DNA from: an uncultured bacterium
Lineage (GTDB): Bacteria; Electryoneota; B3-LCP
DNA: 61,853 bases
NCBI GenBank assembly: GCA_964623265.1
Contig: CAZUTK010000008.1
Coordinates: 1-61,853, forward strand
Reading direction: 5' to 3'
Position numbers and translations under genes: made by a program. Each line of letters begins with the position of its first letter. Within the stretch, counting starts at the first letter, position 1. The notes beneath the pieces were generated by a model. The model made no database searches. It was not told the DNA's origin and was given only the letters and a program-made list of their open reading frames with translations. Of the stretch, positions 38,560 to 48,073 are shown piece by piece.

Positions 38560-39849
38560 ATGATGGCGAAGAAGAAAAAACGCTGGATGAAGGTTGGTCT
38601 GCTGTTAGCGATCTTGATCATCCTCGGAATCCTCGTGATGGCAAATCTGAATAAGAATGAAGCCGCTGTCGAGGTGATGGTGCAGACCGCGGACCGGGGC
38701 AGGTTGGTCGCCACCGTCGCCGGAACCGGACGGGTGCAGCCTGAAGTGCAGGTCAAGATTTCCGCCAATGTTTCCGGCAGAATCACCGAGATCCGCGTCA
38801 AGGAAGGGGATCGAGTGCGCAAGGGCGACCTGCTGGTGCGGCTGGATAAAGAGCGCTACGAGGCTTCGGTGGAACAGGCGAAATCTTCGCGGAAATCAGC
38901 GGAAGCCGCGCTGGAAAAGTCGCGCGGCGAACTGGCGCGGATCCGAGAACTCCATCAGCGCGGCATGGCTTCCCAGGCGGATCTGGAAACCGCTCTCGCC
39001 GATTTCCAGCTGCGCACGGCGGAAGTGGAACAAGCACAGGCTCTCCTGAAACAAGCGCAGGATGATTTATCCAAGACGTCCATTTACGCGCCGATGGACG
39101 GGATTGTCTCGCTGCTCAACAAGGAACCCGGCGAAATGGCGCTGGGAGCGCAGTTTCAGGAAGATGTCATCCTCATCATCGCAGACCTTTCCAAGATGGA
39201 AGTCGTCGTGGAGGTAGATGAGAACGATATCGTGTCTGTGAGCCTGCAGGATAGCGCCCGGGTCAAGATAGACGCCTATCCGGATACGACCTTTCGCGGA
39301 ATGGTGCGGGAAATCGCACATACCGCCACGACCCGAGGAATGGGTACGGCGGAAGAACTGACGAATTTCGAAGTGAAAATCAGCCTGCTGGAAACGCCGC
39401 CGAAGCTACGACCCGGGATGTCCGCAACGGCGGATATCATCACCGACGTCCGGGAGGATGCCGTGCGGATCCCCATCCAATGCGTCGTGATGCGCGAACC
39501 GATTGCGAAAGCCTCCCAGGAAAAGAACGGCTCCGACGGCGACCCCACCTCTGCGGCGGACTCCAGTGCAAAAAAGGCAGCGAAAAAAGAAAAACCCATC
39601 GAAGTCGTCTTCAAGGTTGAAGGCGGCGTTGCACATCAAGTGCCGGTCACCCTGGGCATCTCCAGCGAAACCGATATGGAAATCTTATCCGGTGTGGCGG
39701 AAGGAGATACCGTCGTCAGCGGACCGTTCCGGACGCTTTCGCAAAAACTCAAGAACGGAGACCGCGTCAAGGTGAAGGCTTCTCTGGAAGAAAAAAGCCA
39801 AAAACGCAGGGAAAACCGCGGCGACAGCGAATTGATGGATGAGATGTAA
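38560..39849 (+). CDS. Efflux periplasmic adaptor (HlyD/MacA-type membrane fusion protein)
   Basis: N-terminal anchor, lipoyl-like [17 protein letters not shown], a coiled-coil hairpin, and IYAPMDGIV. The C-terminal tail is Lys/Glu-rich. Confidence 0.85.
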   Translation: MMAKKKKRWMKVGLLLAILIILGILVMANLNKNEAAVEVMVQTADRGRLVATVAGTGRVQPEVQVKISANVSGRITEIRVKEGDRVRKGDLLVRLDKERYEASVEQAKSSRKSAEAALEKSRGELARIRELHQRGMASQADLETALADFQLRTAEVEQAQALLKQAQDDLSKTSIYAPMDGIVSLLNKEPGEMALGAQFQEDVILIIADLSKMEVVVEVDENDIVSVSLQDSARVKIDAYPDTTFRGMVREIAHTATTRGMGTAEELTNFEVKISLLETPPKLRPGMSATADIITDVREDAVRIPIQCVVMREPIAKASQEKNGSDGDPTSAADSSAKKAAKKEKPIEVVFKVEGGVAHQVPVTLGISSETDMEILSGVAEGDTVVSGPFRTLSQKLKNGDRVKVKASLEEKSQKRRENRGDSELMDEM

Positions 39850-39851
39850 CG

Positions 39852-40553
39852 ATGCCGGAGAATTCAGTATTAATCCGCCTGACCGACCTGCACAAAACCT
39901 ACAAAATCGGCGAAATTGAAGTCCCTGCACTGCGCGGAATTTCGCTCACCGTGCAGTACGGCGAATACGTCGCCATTATGGGACCGTCCGGGTCGGGCAA
40001 GAGCACGCTGATGAACTTAATCGGATGCCTCGACACCCCCACCCGCGGCGAATACTTGCTGGCAGGCGAGAACGTCTCGACTCTATCCGACAATGAATTG
40101 GCGCGCATCCGCAACAAGCAGATCGGATTCGTCTTCCAGACTTTCAACCTGCTGCCCCGCGCCAATGCCCTGCACAACGTAGAGCTCCCTCTGATCTACG
40201 CCGGGGTGCCCTTGCGCGAACGCAGAGAGAAGGCGCGGCAGGCGCTCACCGCCGTGGGATTAGGGGATCGGATTCACCATAAACCGTCGGAGTTGTCCGG
40301 CGGGCAACGGCAGCGGGTCGCCATCGCCAGAGCGCTGTCGAACAATCCCTCCCTCATCCTGGCGGACGAACCGACCGGCAATCTGGACAGCGCCACCGGC
40401 GAGGAAATCTTGTTGATGTTCGACCAGCTTTCGCGGCAAGGAAACACATTGATCGTGGTGACGCACGAGGAATTCGTCGCCGCCCGAGCGAAGCGGGTGA
40501 TCCGCTTATTCGACGGACAGATTCAGGCTGATTCTCGCAACCACAATTCATAG
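39852..40553 (+). CDS. ABC transporter ATP-binding protein, MacB/LolD type
   Basis: [38 protein letters not shown], and VALRGISL-type N-terminus. Confidence 0.9.
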   Translation: MPENSVLIRLTDLHKTYKIGEIEVPALRGISLTVQYGEYVAIMGPSGSGKSTLMNLIGCLDTPTRGEYLLAGENVSTLSDNELARIRNKQIGFVFQTFNLLPRANALHNVELPLIYAGVPLRERREKARQALTAVGLGDRIHHKPSELSGGQRQRVAIARALSNNPSLILADEPTGNLDSATGEEILLMFDQLSRQGNTLIVVTHEEFVAARAKRVIRLFDGQIQADSRNHNS

Positions 40554-40579
40554 CCTCTTCGAACATCTAAGGACGCTGG

Positions 40580-41803
40580 ATGCGGACGATACTCTGGGAT
40601 ACCATCGAAGCGGCGCAGATCGCTTTTCAATCCCTCCTGGCGAATAAAATCAGAACGTTTCTGGCGACGCTGGGCATCGTCATCGGTGTGATGACAGTCG
40701 TTTTGATGGTGACGATCGTCGTTGGATTGAACCAATCCTTTAAGAAACAGCTCGCGGCTATCGGTTCGGGGACCCTTTACATACAGCGTTTCCCCTGGAT
40801 TATCAAGGACGATTTCTTCATCTACCGCAACCGCCCCCGGTTGACGTTGGAAAACTACGAAGACGTTCGCACCCAGAGCCGCCTGGCGGCAGCCGTATCC
40901 CCGGAAGTGGACACGATGCGCCCCATCGCCTATGGATCCGCCACGTTGGATAACGCCTACATCATCGGTACAAATGATACCTATCTGCAGACCACCGACG
41001 TGATGCCGGAAGTGGGCCGCTTCATTTCGGCGGCGGACTATGCGGCACACCGCAATGTGGCGGTGATCGGCACGGAGATCGCTTCCAAACTGTTCGGATC
41101 GCGCAACCCCATCGGTCAATACATCAAGATCGGTTCGCGGGATTTTCTGGTGATCGGTGTGCTGGAGAAACAAGGGAGCATGTTCGGGATGAGCCTGGAC
41201 AGCCAGGTGATTATCCCCATCGGCGCATTCATGAAACAGTTCGGCAGACGCAGGGATTTAAGCATCGTTGTAAAAGCTGCGAATCCGGACGCGATCGAAG
41301 ACCTGAAGGACGAAATCACCGGCATTATGCGCCGATCCCGCCGGATTCCACCGGATAAGGAAAACAACTTCTCCATCAACGAACAAGAGCAGCTGATGTC
41401 GTTCTACAAGCAGATCACATCGGGAGTTTATGCGGCGGGAATTCTCATCGGCGGCATCTCCCTGCTGGTGGGCGGCATCGGAATCATGAACATCATGCTG
41501 GTTTCCGTTACGGAGAGGACGCCCGAAATCGGCATCCGCAAGGCATTGGGCGCGCGCAAGAGCCAGATTCTCCGTCAGTTTCTCATCGAGTCGGCGCTGA
41601 TCTGCACCGTCGGCGGGACCGTTGGCATTTTACTGGCGCTCGCCGGAGCGAAAATCATCAATCAATGGCTGCCGACGATTATGCCTCTGAGCATTGGTAT
41701 CTCCGGCATCCTATTTGCCGCGCTGGTGGGGATTCTCTCCGGTCTTTATCCCGCCACAAAAGCCGCTCTCCTCGATCCCATCGTCGCACTGCGAAAAGAA
41801 TGA
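40580..41803 (+). CDS. ABC transporter permease, MacB/FtsX-like (4 TM with periplasmic domain)
   Basis: MacB_PCD-like periplasmic domain between TM1 and TM2. C-terminal FtsX block ERTPEIGIRKALGARKSQILRQFLIES. Confidence 0.88.
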   Translation: MRTILWDTIEAAQIAFQSLLANKIRTFLATLGIVIGVMTVVLMVTIVVGLNQSFKKQLAAIGSGTLYIQRFPWIIKDDFFIYRNRPRLTLENYEDVRTQSRLAAAVSPEVDTMRPIAYGSATLDNAYIIGTNDTYLQTTDVMPEVGRFISAADYAAHRNVAVIGTEIASKLFGSRNPIGQYIKIGSRDFLVIGVLEKQGSMFGMSLDSQVIIPIGAFMKQFGRRRDLSIVVKAANPDAIEDLKDEITGIMRRSRRIPPDKENNFSINEQEQLMSFYKQITSGVYAAGILIGGISLLVGGIGIMNIMLVSVTERTPEIGIRKALGARKSQILRQFLIESALICTVGGTVGILLALAGAKIINQWLPTIMPLSIGISGILFAALVGILSGLYPATKAALLDPIVALRKE

Positions 41804-41892
41804 TTACTGATACTCCCCTCTAATAGACGATTTGAAAATAGCGATCTCCCTTATTACCCCCGAAGGAGTTACAAAAATATTTGCGATTGCGC

Positions 41893-41921
41893 TTGAAATA
41901 TTCAGACGAAAGCCTTATTTT
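41893..41921 (+). promoter_or_regulatory. Candidate promoter giving a ~200-nt leader for the porin-SSS operon
   Basis: TTGAAA, 17 nt, TATTTT. It lies within an AT-rich 321-nt intergenic region. Confidence 0.35.
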
Positions 41922-42124
41922 CCGCTGAATTAATAAGACGAACAACCATTCTCGGAGGGAATATGCAAAAACTTTGAAATCCTGATATTGAAGTTCAGAC
42001 TGGACTGCACCATCAACACAGGAAACTTCAAACAGCGGATACGGAGGGATCGGTGATGTGAACTCTGGATGCCCTTTCCGCGGTTTGAAACGAAATCTCA
42101 ACCTATAAACGGAGAAAGGGCAAG

Positions 42125-42889
42125 ATGAAAGCAAGTTCCATCCAATGGAAAATCGCAGCGGCGATTTTTTTTGTTTGTTACGCCGGGACGGCGTTTGCGC
42201 AAGTCTCGGCGGGCGTGGATCTGGCGATGAAGAGCCAATACATTTGGCGGGGCATTCCCTTCAACGATGAAGCGGTCTTCTGGCCCGACGTCTGGGCGAG
42301 CTGGAATGGATTCACCGCCGTCGTATTCGGTTCGCTGGAGATGACGGATGTATATCAGAATCGAGGAAAATTCACGGAGGTGGATTATTACCTCGATTAT
42401 TCGCGCACCTTCGGACCTATCACAGCCAAACTCGGTTATTCCCATTTCGAATATCCCAACACGGATTTCGATCCCACCGGCGAAATCTACGGCGAAGCGG
42501 CGCTGGACCTCCCCTTCTTCAGCGTGGCACTGAACCTCTACTATGATGTGGAGGAAGTGCAGGGATTCTACGTCTCGCCGAAGATCAGTAAATCTATGAC
42601 AGTTCCGTTTTTTCAGCCGACTCTCCAAGTTTCATTGGGATACGCGGACAAGAAGTTCAACGGCTATTGGTTCGGCTTGGAAGAGGCGGGTTTTACAGAT
42701 CTGACCGCGGGATTGGATCTGACCTATACGCCGCCCGGTGCTCTCGGCAATTACCTCACCCTCAGCGGCGACCTGAATTACGCAATGATTTTGGACGGAA
42801 AGTTCGCGGATATCTTTCCGGACCAGGACACCAATTTCTGGTGGGGCTTGGGGGTTCATCTTGCCTATACGTTCGGAGGTGAACAATGA
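42125..42889 (+). CDS. TorF/Gcw_chp-family putative outer-membrane beta-barrel porin
   Basis: Signal peptide ..FFVCYAGTAFAQ. VDLAMKSQYIWRGIPFNDEAVFWPDVWASWNGF..EVDYYLDYS..GYSHFEYPN follows the TIGR02001-type pattern. Terminal aromatic ..LAYTFGGEQ. Its stop overlaps the next start (ATGA). Confidence 0.65.
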   Translation: MKASSIQWKIAAAIFFVCYAGTAFAQVSAGVDLAMKSQYIWRGIPFNDEAVFWPDVWASWNGFTAVVFGSLEMTDVYQNRGKFTEVDYYLDYSRTFGPITAKLGYSHFEYPNTDFDPTGEIYGEAALDLPFFSVALNLYYDVEEVQGFYVSPKISKSMTVPFFQPTLQVSLGYADKKFNGYWFGLEEAGFTDLTAGLDLTYTPPGALGNYLTLSGDLNYAMILDGKFADIFPDQDTNFWWGLGVHLAYTFGGEQ

Positions 42890-44466
42890 CGTCGTCGCTT
42901 TACTTCTGGATCGCCGCGCTGATTTACTTCGCCTTCGTGATCTGGCTGGGGTATTTTATCTGGAAGCGCGTCAAGGGGGATACGGCGACTCACCAGATCC
43001 TGGACTTCTGGATCGCCGGGCGCAAATTTCCGGGCTGGAGACTGGCGATATCCATCACGGCGGGATGGCTGATGCTGGGGTGGCTGGGGTACGGGATGTC
43101 CATGATCTATCAAATGGGGTTGTCAGGTCTCTGGATTTTGCCGCTGCCCTGGTTCATCCTCTGCTTCATTATCATCTGGATGGTGCCCCATGTCAGGAAG
43201 TTTCCCGCTATATCCCTGCCGGAAGCCATTCAGAAGCGATTCGGTTCTTCCACACGAACGATCATCGCGCTGGCATCCATCTTCGTTTTTACTTCCTGGA
43301 CGGGCGCAGAACTCTTCATGGTAGGGAACCTGGGCGCACCATTTTTACAGGTGCCGCCGGCTGTGGTGATGATCATCGTCGTCATCCCCATTATGATCTA
43401 CACCTATTTCGGCGGTTTTCGAGCAGTGGTGATGACGGACTTCGTACAATTCATTCTGATGGCGGCATTCATCGTGATTCTCGGGTTGGTGAGCTACTTC
43501 GCTGCGGCGCAGACCACCGACGGACAGATCCTCGAAACGCTCGCCAATACAGCCACACCTTATTACGGCGAAGGGAGCATGTTCAACCTCTTCGCCTGCG
43601 GCATCGCCATGGTAATCATCTTGCTGGCGGCTTATCTTCCCGGCTGGATGATCGAGCAGGATCTTCTGCTGCGCATTCAAGGCGCCAACAGCCTCCAGGA
43701 AGCCCGCAAGGGCGCCTAATACGGGTTGCTGCTGATCTTCATCTTCGTCATCGGCATCCCGACTCTGGTCGCGTTCTACGCCATCATTTTATTCCCTCCA
43801 GGACTCGAAGCCAGTTCGGCGGCAATCGGCGCAGATGCGACCGGCATTATCTCCGCCATTATCCTGAAATACTTCCCCATCTGGGGGCAGGTGCTTATGT
43901 TCGTTGGACTCCTCGCGGCGCAGATGTCCACCGTGGATACATTCGCAAATGTGATCGCACTGCCTCTGACATATGACCTCGCCCGCCCCACCATCTTGCG
44001 AAAGTTACCGCGGGAAAAGGAGGCTAAATGGTCTCGGATCCTCTCCGTAGCCGCCATCCTGTTCGGTTTGATCTACGCGCTGAACGCCACCTCGCTGATG
44101 GATGTCTACATCCTCTCTTCCGGAGTGCTGACGGCATCCATAGCGATCCCCGCTTTCGCGATGTTCTGGAGGCGGGCGAATCGGCTGGGGGTCATCCTCA
44201 GCGCGACGTTCGGCTTCCTCGGCAATGTGCTCTTCTACTTCTACGAGTACCACGTCGTCCAACACGCATACTCACCTGGATGGCTTGCCAATACCAATCT
44301 GGGCTACATTATGGTCGGCATCCTGGGTTCCCTGATCGGACTGATCGCCGGCGTGATGATCGGATCGCCGCCGAGCCGCGAACAATTGGCGACAGTCTCC
44401 CCACAGCCGCTGGAAGGGGTTGAGATTTTCGACATTATACGGGAAGCCGCTATGGAGAAAACATAG
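42886..44466 (+). pseudogene. Sodium:solute symporter (SSS) family transporter interrupted by one in-frame TAA
   Basis: ORFs 42886..43719 and 43726..44466 are in the same frame, separated only by TAA (43717-19) plus 2 codons. The junction ..IQGANSLQEARKGA*YGLLLIFIF.. spans the conserved SSS (QR/ARxG) region. Confidence 0.7.
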
Positions 44467-44530
44467 TTATTTTTGGAACTTAGCTGAAATCCCGCAGTAT
44501 CAAGACCATCACAGCAGCATAAGAGCATCG

Positions 44531-44568
44531 GGTAAAGCAGGATGGATTTCTATGCATCCTGCTTTACC
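44531..44568. terminator. Perfect 14-bp stem-loop downstream of the SSS gene
   Basis: GGTAAAGCAGGATG-10 nt-CATCCTGCTTTACC, 65 nt after the stop. No U-tract on either strand. Confidence 0.4.
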
Positions 44569-44697
44569 AGATAAATATCAACCGCTTACAACTGTCCAGA
44601 AAACAAAAGACCTGTCAGGGAAAACCTGCAGCCTTTACCTTTTGCAGGACCGGAATGTACGACCCCTAAAATAAGTAATAAAAACAGACAAAAATCC

Positions 44698-44726
44698 TTG
44701 ACAAATTCCCATGAATTCCCTATCTT
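44698..44726 (+). promoter_or_regulatory. Candidate sigma70-type promoter of the M23 peptidase gene
   Basis: TTGACA, 17 nt, TATCTT, 45 nt upstream of the ATG at 44771 (SD AGGGAGG). Confidence 0.5.
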
Positions 44727-44770
44727 AAGCCCAACGCCGAACGCTACATTTTTCACAGGGAGGCAAACGG

Positions 44771-45682
44771 ATGAAAATAAAGCGCTTTAAGTTGATCTAT
44801 CTGCCGGAGGGGACGTCGAAGAAGCGCGAATTCAATTTACGCAGAGAACAGTTGTTGATCGGTTTCATCGGGTTGTTGCTGGTATTCATTCTGCTGTGCG
44901 GAAGCACGGCTTACATCTTGAATAGCTGGTTCAACGCCAAGAAGTTGTCTGCATTGACTCTGAAGAATTCGAAACTCGAAAAACAATTAAATATCGCCAA
45001 GGAAAAACTCGCCTCTTTATCGCAGAAAATAGATCAACTGGCGCAGAGCAACGGCGAATTACGCGCCTACGCTCATTTACCCAGTCTCAGTGAAGATATC
45101 CTGAAAGTGGGGATTGGAGGTTCTATGCCCGGTAATCCGGCGATTCAGACCGGCGCGGAGGACCTGCTGGCTCGACTGGATATCATCGAACGCAGGATCA
45201 GCCTGCAGGAGACCTCCCTGGTAGAGGTTGAAGCGCAGCTGGACGATCAAGAAGAACTTTTGAAGAGCATTCCCTCCATCCGACCGGTGCGCGGAGGAGC
45301 ATATTCTTCCTTCTTCGGACGACGTCGCGATCCGTTCACGGGGCAGTGGGAACCGCATATGGGTTTGGATATCAACACCGTCACTGGAACTCCGGTTTAC
45401 GCCACTGCGGAGGGACGCGTCATTCACGCATCGCGGGAACCCGCCTACGGCAACGTCGTCGTCATTGATCACGGACACGGATACCGGACGTTGTATGCGC
45501 ATCTGTCGCGTCTCCGGGTTGTCAAAGGACAGAAGGTGAAACGCGGAGACTACATCGCGGAAGTCGGCAGCACCGGGCGATCTACCGGACCCCATCTCCA
45601 TTACGAAGTCATCCGGAATAACCAAAATCTCGATCCGCTGGACTTCATGTTCGAAGGCTACGAACTGGCTCGACTCCCCTGA
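44771..45682 (+). CDS. M23-family (LytM-type) murein endopeptidase with N-terminal TM anchor and coiled coil
   Basis: HMGLDI..., GNVVVIDHGHGYRTLYAHLS, GSTGRSTGPHLHYEV (HxxxD / HxH zinc motifs). Confidence 0.88.
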   Translation: MKIKRFKLIYLPEGTSKKREFNLRREQLLIGFIGLLLVFILLCGSTAYILNSWFNAKKLSALTLKNSKLEKQLNIAKEKLASLSQKIDQLAQSNGELRAYAHLPSLSEDILKVGIGGSMPGNPAIQTGAEDLLARLDIIERRISLQETSLVEVEAQLDDQEELLKSIPSIRPVRGGAYSSFFGRRRDPFTGQWEPHMGLDINTVTGTPVYATAEGRVIHASREPAYGNVVVIDHGHGYRTLYAHLSRLRVVKGQKVKRGDYIAEVGSTGRSTGPHLHYEVIRNNQNLDPLDFMFEGYELARLP

Positions 45683-45704
45683 TCCATAGAGACTTTTCTT
45701 GAGA

Positions 45705-45734
45705 AGCGCCGACGGATATCGGTGCTTTTTTTTT
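45705..45734 (+). terminator. Rho-independent terminator of the M23 gene
   Basis: AGCGCCGA-CGGATA-TCGGTGCT followed by a run of 9 T. Confidence 0.75.
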
Positions 45735-45789
45735 GGAACAAATGATCATAATATGAAAACGTCCGTTCCGTCATCCGGATTGAAAGAAC

Positions 45790-45818
45790 TTGCAAAAACC
45801 CTGCTGATTGCGTATATT
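45790..45818 (+). promoter_or_regulatory. Candidate sigma70-type promoter of thiC-hpt
   Basis: TTGCAA, 17 nt, TATATT, about 50 nt upstream of the thiC ATG. Confidence 0.45.
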
Positions 45819-45845
45819 TTTAAGAGGCAGTGGTTTATCATTGCA

Positions 45846-45860
45846 TCCCGATCATCGGGA
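45846..45860 (+). promoter_or_regulatory. 15-nt perfect palindrome overlapping the thiC Shine-Dalgarno
   Basis: TCCCGATCATCGGGA. It could form a 6-bp hairpin that pairs the GGGAG SD, or act as a dimer-binding operator. Confidence 0.3.
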
Positions 45861-45868
45861 GATTTCCT

Positions 45869-47149
45869 ATGACACAGTTAAGTAAAGCACTGGAGGGCGT
45901 CATCACACCGGAGATGCGCCGGATCGCAGCCGAGGAGAAAATAGATCCTGAGATTCTCCGCCGCAAGGTGGCGCAAGGGCGTGTGGTCATTCCGAAGAAT
46001 GTATCCCGGGATTTCCTGGTGCGAGGCATCGGCGAAGGGTTGCGCACCAAAGTCAACGCCAACATCGGGACTTCTCCGGAGCACGCCGATATAGACGAGG
46101 AGATTGCCAAACTGCAAGTCGCCATCGCATCCGGCGCGGACAGCGTGATGGATCTTTCCACCGGCGGCGACCTCGACGCCATTCGGAAAGCCATTCTCGA
46201 AAAATCCTGCGTGATGGTGGGGACGGTGCCTATCTACGGGGCGGCCGCTCGACTATTGCAGCGAGATAAGCAGATCATCCAGATGACAGCGGACGGACTG
46301 TTCGAAGAGATCGAAGCTCAATGCGAACAGGGGATAGATTACATCACCGTCCACTGCGGCATCACGCGGCGCAGCCTGGAAATCCTCGAACGAACCCCGC
46401 GGGTTGCCGGCATCGTCAGCCGGGGCGGGTCCATCCTCGCGCTGTGGATGAAACACCACCACAGGGAAAACCCGCTGTACGAGCAGTTTGACCGCCTCCT
46501 GGAGATCGCGTTTAAGTATGATGTCACGCTCTCGCTGGGGGACGGATTGCGGCCCGGCGCCATCGCCGACGCCGGCGATCGGGCTCAATTCGAAGAGCTG
46601 ATCACGCTGGGCGATTTGGCGAAGCGGGCGCGCGCCCGCGGCGTTCAGGTGATGATCGAAGGTCCCGGACACGTTCCCATCTCTCAAGTTAAAGCCAATG
46701 TACAGATGGAAAAGAGCATCTGCGACGGCGCGCCGTTCTACGTGCTGGGTCCTCTGACGACGGACATCGCTCCGGGGTATGACCACATCACCTCCGCCAT
46801 CGGAGGCGCCATCGCGGCGGCGGAAGGAGCGGATTTCCTCTGTTATGTAACGCCCGCTGAGCACCTGCGTCTGCCGACTCTATCTGAGGTTCGAGATGGA
46901 GTGTTTGCGGCTCGCATCGCGGCGCACACCGGTGATATCGCCAAGGGCGTGCCCGGCGCCGCGGAGTGGGACCTGCAGATGTCCCAATTCCGCCGCGAAT
47001 TGGATTGGGAGGGAATGTACCGAATGGCGCTGGATTCCGAACTGGCTCGCAGCAAGCGGCGCAACAGCGAAGCTTATGATCAAGTGATCTGCACGATGTG
47101 CGGAAAACTCTGCTCGATCAACTTAGGAAAATCGGAAACCCGGGAATGA
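45869..47149 (+). CDS. thiC: Phosphomethylpyrimidine synthase (short, anaerobe-type ThiC)
   Basis: [42 protein letters not shown], and the C-terminal CTMCGKLCS cluster motif. The ATG at 45869 is chosen; the ORF track opens at 45830. Confidence 0.92.
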   Translation: MTQLSKALEGVITPEMRRIAAEEKIDPEILRRKVAQGRVVIPKNVSRDFLVRGIGEGLRTKVNANIGTSPEHADIDEEIAKLQVAIASGADSVMDLSTGGDLDAIRKAILEKSCVMVGTVPIYGAAARLLQRDKQIIQMTADGLFEEIEAQCEQGIDYITVHCGITRRSLEILERTPRVAGIVSRGGSILALWMKHHHRENPLYEQFDRLLEIAFKYDVTLSLGDGLRPGAIADAGDRAQFEELITLGDLAKRARARGVQVMIEGPGHVPISQVKANVQMEKSICDGAPFYVLGPLTTDIAPGYDHITSAIGGAIAAAEGADFLCYVTPAEHLRLPTLSEVRDGVFAARIAAHTGDIAKGVPGAAEWDLQMSQFRRELDWEGMYRMALDSELARSKRRNSEAYDQVICTMCGKLCSINLGKSETRE

Positions 47150-47159
47150 TGAGGACGTT

Positions 47160-47702
47160 ATGCCGGTCCTGAGTAAAAAACCCTTGATCACCGAACTGGA
47201 AATCAAAGTGCGCCTCGGGCAGATGGTGCTGGAACTGGCTCGAGACCTGCGCGGGAAAGAGCTCACCGTTATCGGTATCTTGCGCGGGAGTTTCATGTTC
47301 ACAGCGGATCTGGTGAGGCTGCTGTATATCAATGACATCCATCCTCTGATAGATTTCATTTTCGTCACCAGCTACGAGGGGAAGGAATCCACCGGGGAAC
47401 TGCGGCTGCTGCGGGATATGTCACTGGACGTGAAGGGGCGCTGGGTTTTAATTGTGGACGACATTCTGGACACCGGCAGGACTCTGGAATATGCAAAGCG
47501 ATACGTTCAGGAACGCGGCGCAGAGCAGATTCATACTTGCGTCCTGCTCGATAAACCGAGCCGCCGAATCGCTCCGATCCAGGCGGACTATGTGGGGTTC
47601 AAAATTGATGACGTATTTGTAGTGGGCTACGGTTTGGATTACAACGGCAGGTTTCGGGATCTGCCCTATCTGGGGATTTTAGAAGAGGAGCAAAATCTCT
47701 GA
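47160..47702 (+). CDS. hpt: Hypoxanthine(-guanine) phosphoribosyltransferase
   Basis: PRPP motif VLIVDDILDTGRTL, followed by KPSRR..PIQADYVGF..D.FVVGYGLDY. Confidence 0.9.
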   Translation: MPVLSKKPLITELEIKVRLGQMVLELARDLRGKELTVIGILRGSFMFTADLVRLLYINDIHPLIDFIFVTSYEGKESTGELRLLRDMSLDVKGRWVLIVDDILDTGRTLEYAKRYVQERGAEQIHTCVLLDKPSRRIAPIQADYVGFKIDDVFVVGYGLDYNGRFRDLPYLGILEEEQNL

Positions 47703-47768
47703 AATAAAGAACGCGCATTCTGCGACGATGCTCTCCGCTCTGCTGCGGCTGCTTCGCAACGCGATTCG

Positions 47769-47841
47769 TACCCCCGCCGGGACTCGAACCCGGGCACCTG
47801 GCTCCGGAGGCCAGCGCTCTGTCCATCTGAGCTACAGGGGC
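47769..47841 (-). tRNA. tRNA-Arg (anticodon CCG)
   Basis: Minus strand: GCCCCTG-TA-GCTC-AGATGGACA-GAGC-G-CTGGC-CTCCGGA-GCCAG-GTGC-CCGGG-TTCGAGT-CCCGG-CGGGGGT-A. The cloverleaf folds, with A20, A73 and a 4-nt variable loop. The acceptor stem has G1:U72 and U6:G67 wobbles. CCA is not encoded. Confidence 0.85.
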
Positions 47842-48073
47842 GACAGCCTTAATATACGAAACCGAAGAGAACAAGTCAAGTTCCATCAGTAGGCAAATTG
47901 GTGCATTCAGCGGATACAGTGATTCTCGATCTCAGGCTTCTGCCGAAACACCCGTTGTTTTGATCTTTTGCCGGTTCCTACGCGCAGATCCTTGTTCCAG
48001 CGTCCATAAAGAGTGCCATCAACTTCGCGAAACCGGACTTACACCCCATTCCAATCCAACTCCTCCGAAAAAC

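Noticed and set aside
41820-42134. 104-aa minus-strand ORF filling the intergenic region before the porin gene.
   Set aside because: It has no SD and odd composition, and it runs antisense to the predicted promoter and leader. The region is better explained as non-coding regulatory sequence.
43717-43719. Possibility that TAA is read as a sense codon (stop-codon reassignment).
   Set aside because: TAA clearly terminates other well-defined genes in the window (gdhA at 284-286, acr3 at 3572-74, arsR at 4698-4700).
42861-43976. 371-aa ORF in a second frame across the SSS transporter, spanning the TAA interruption.
   Set aside because: The translation is Arg/His/Gly-rich with no TM segments or motifs. 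The other frame gives textbook polytopic transporter sequence on both sides of the stop.
47703-48073. tRNA-Arg as an integration hotspot for a genomic island.
   Set aside because: There is no integrase, no direct repeat of the tRNA 3' end, and no compositional break on either side. The flanking genes (hpt, RnfC-like) look native.
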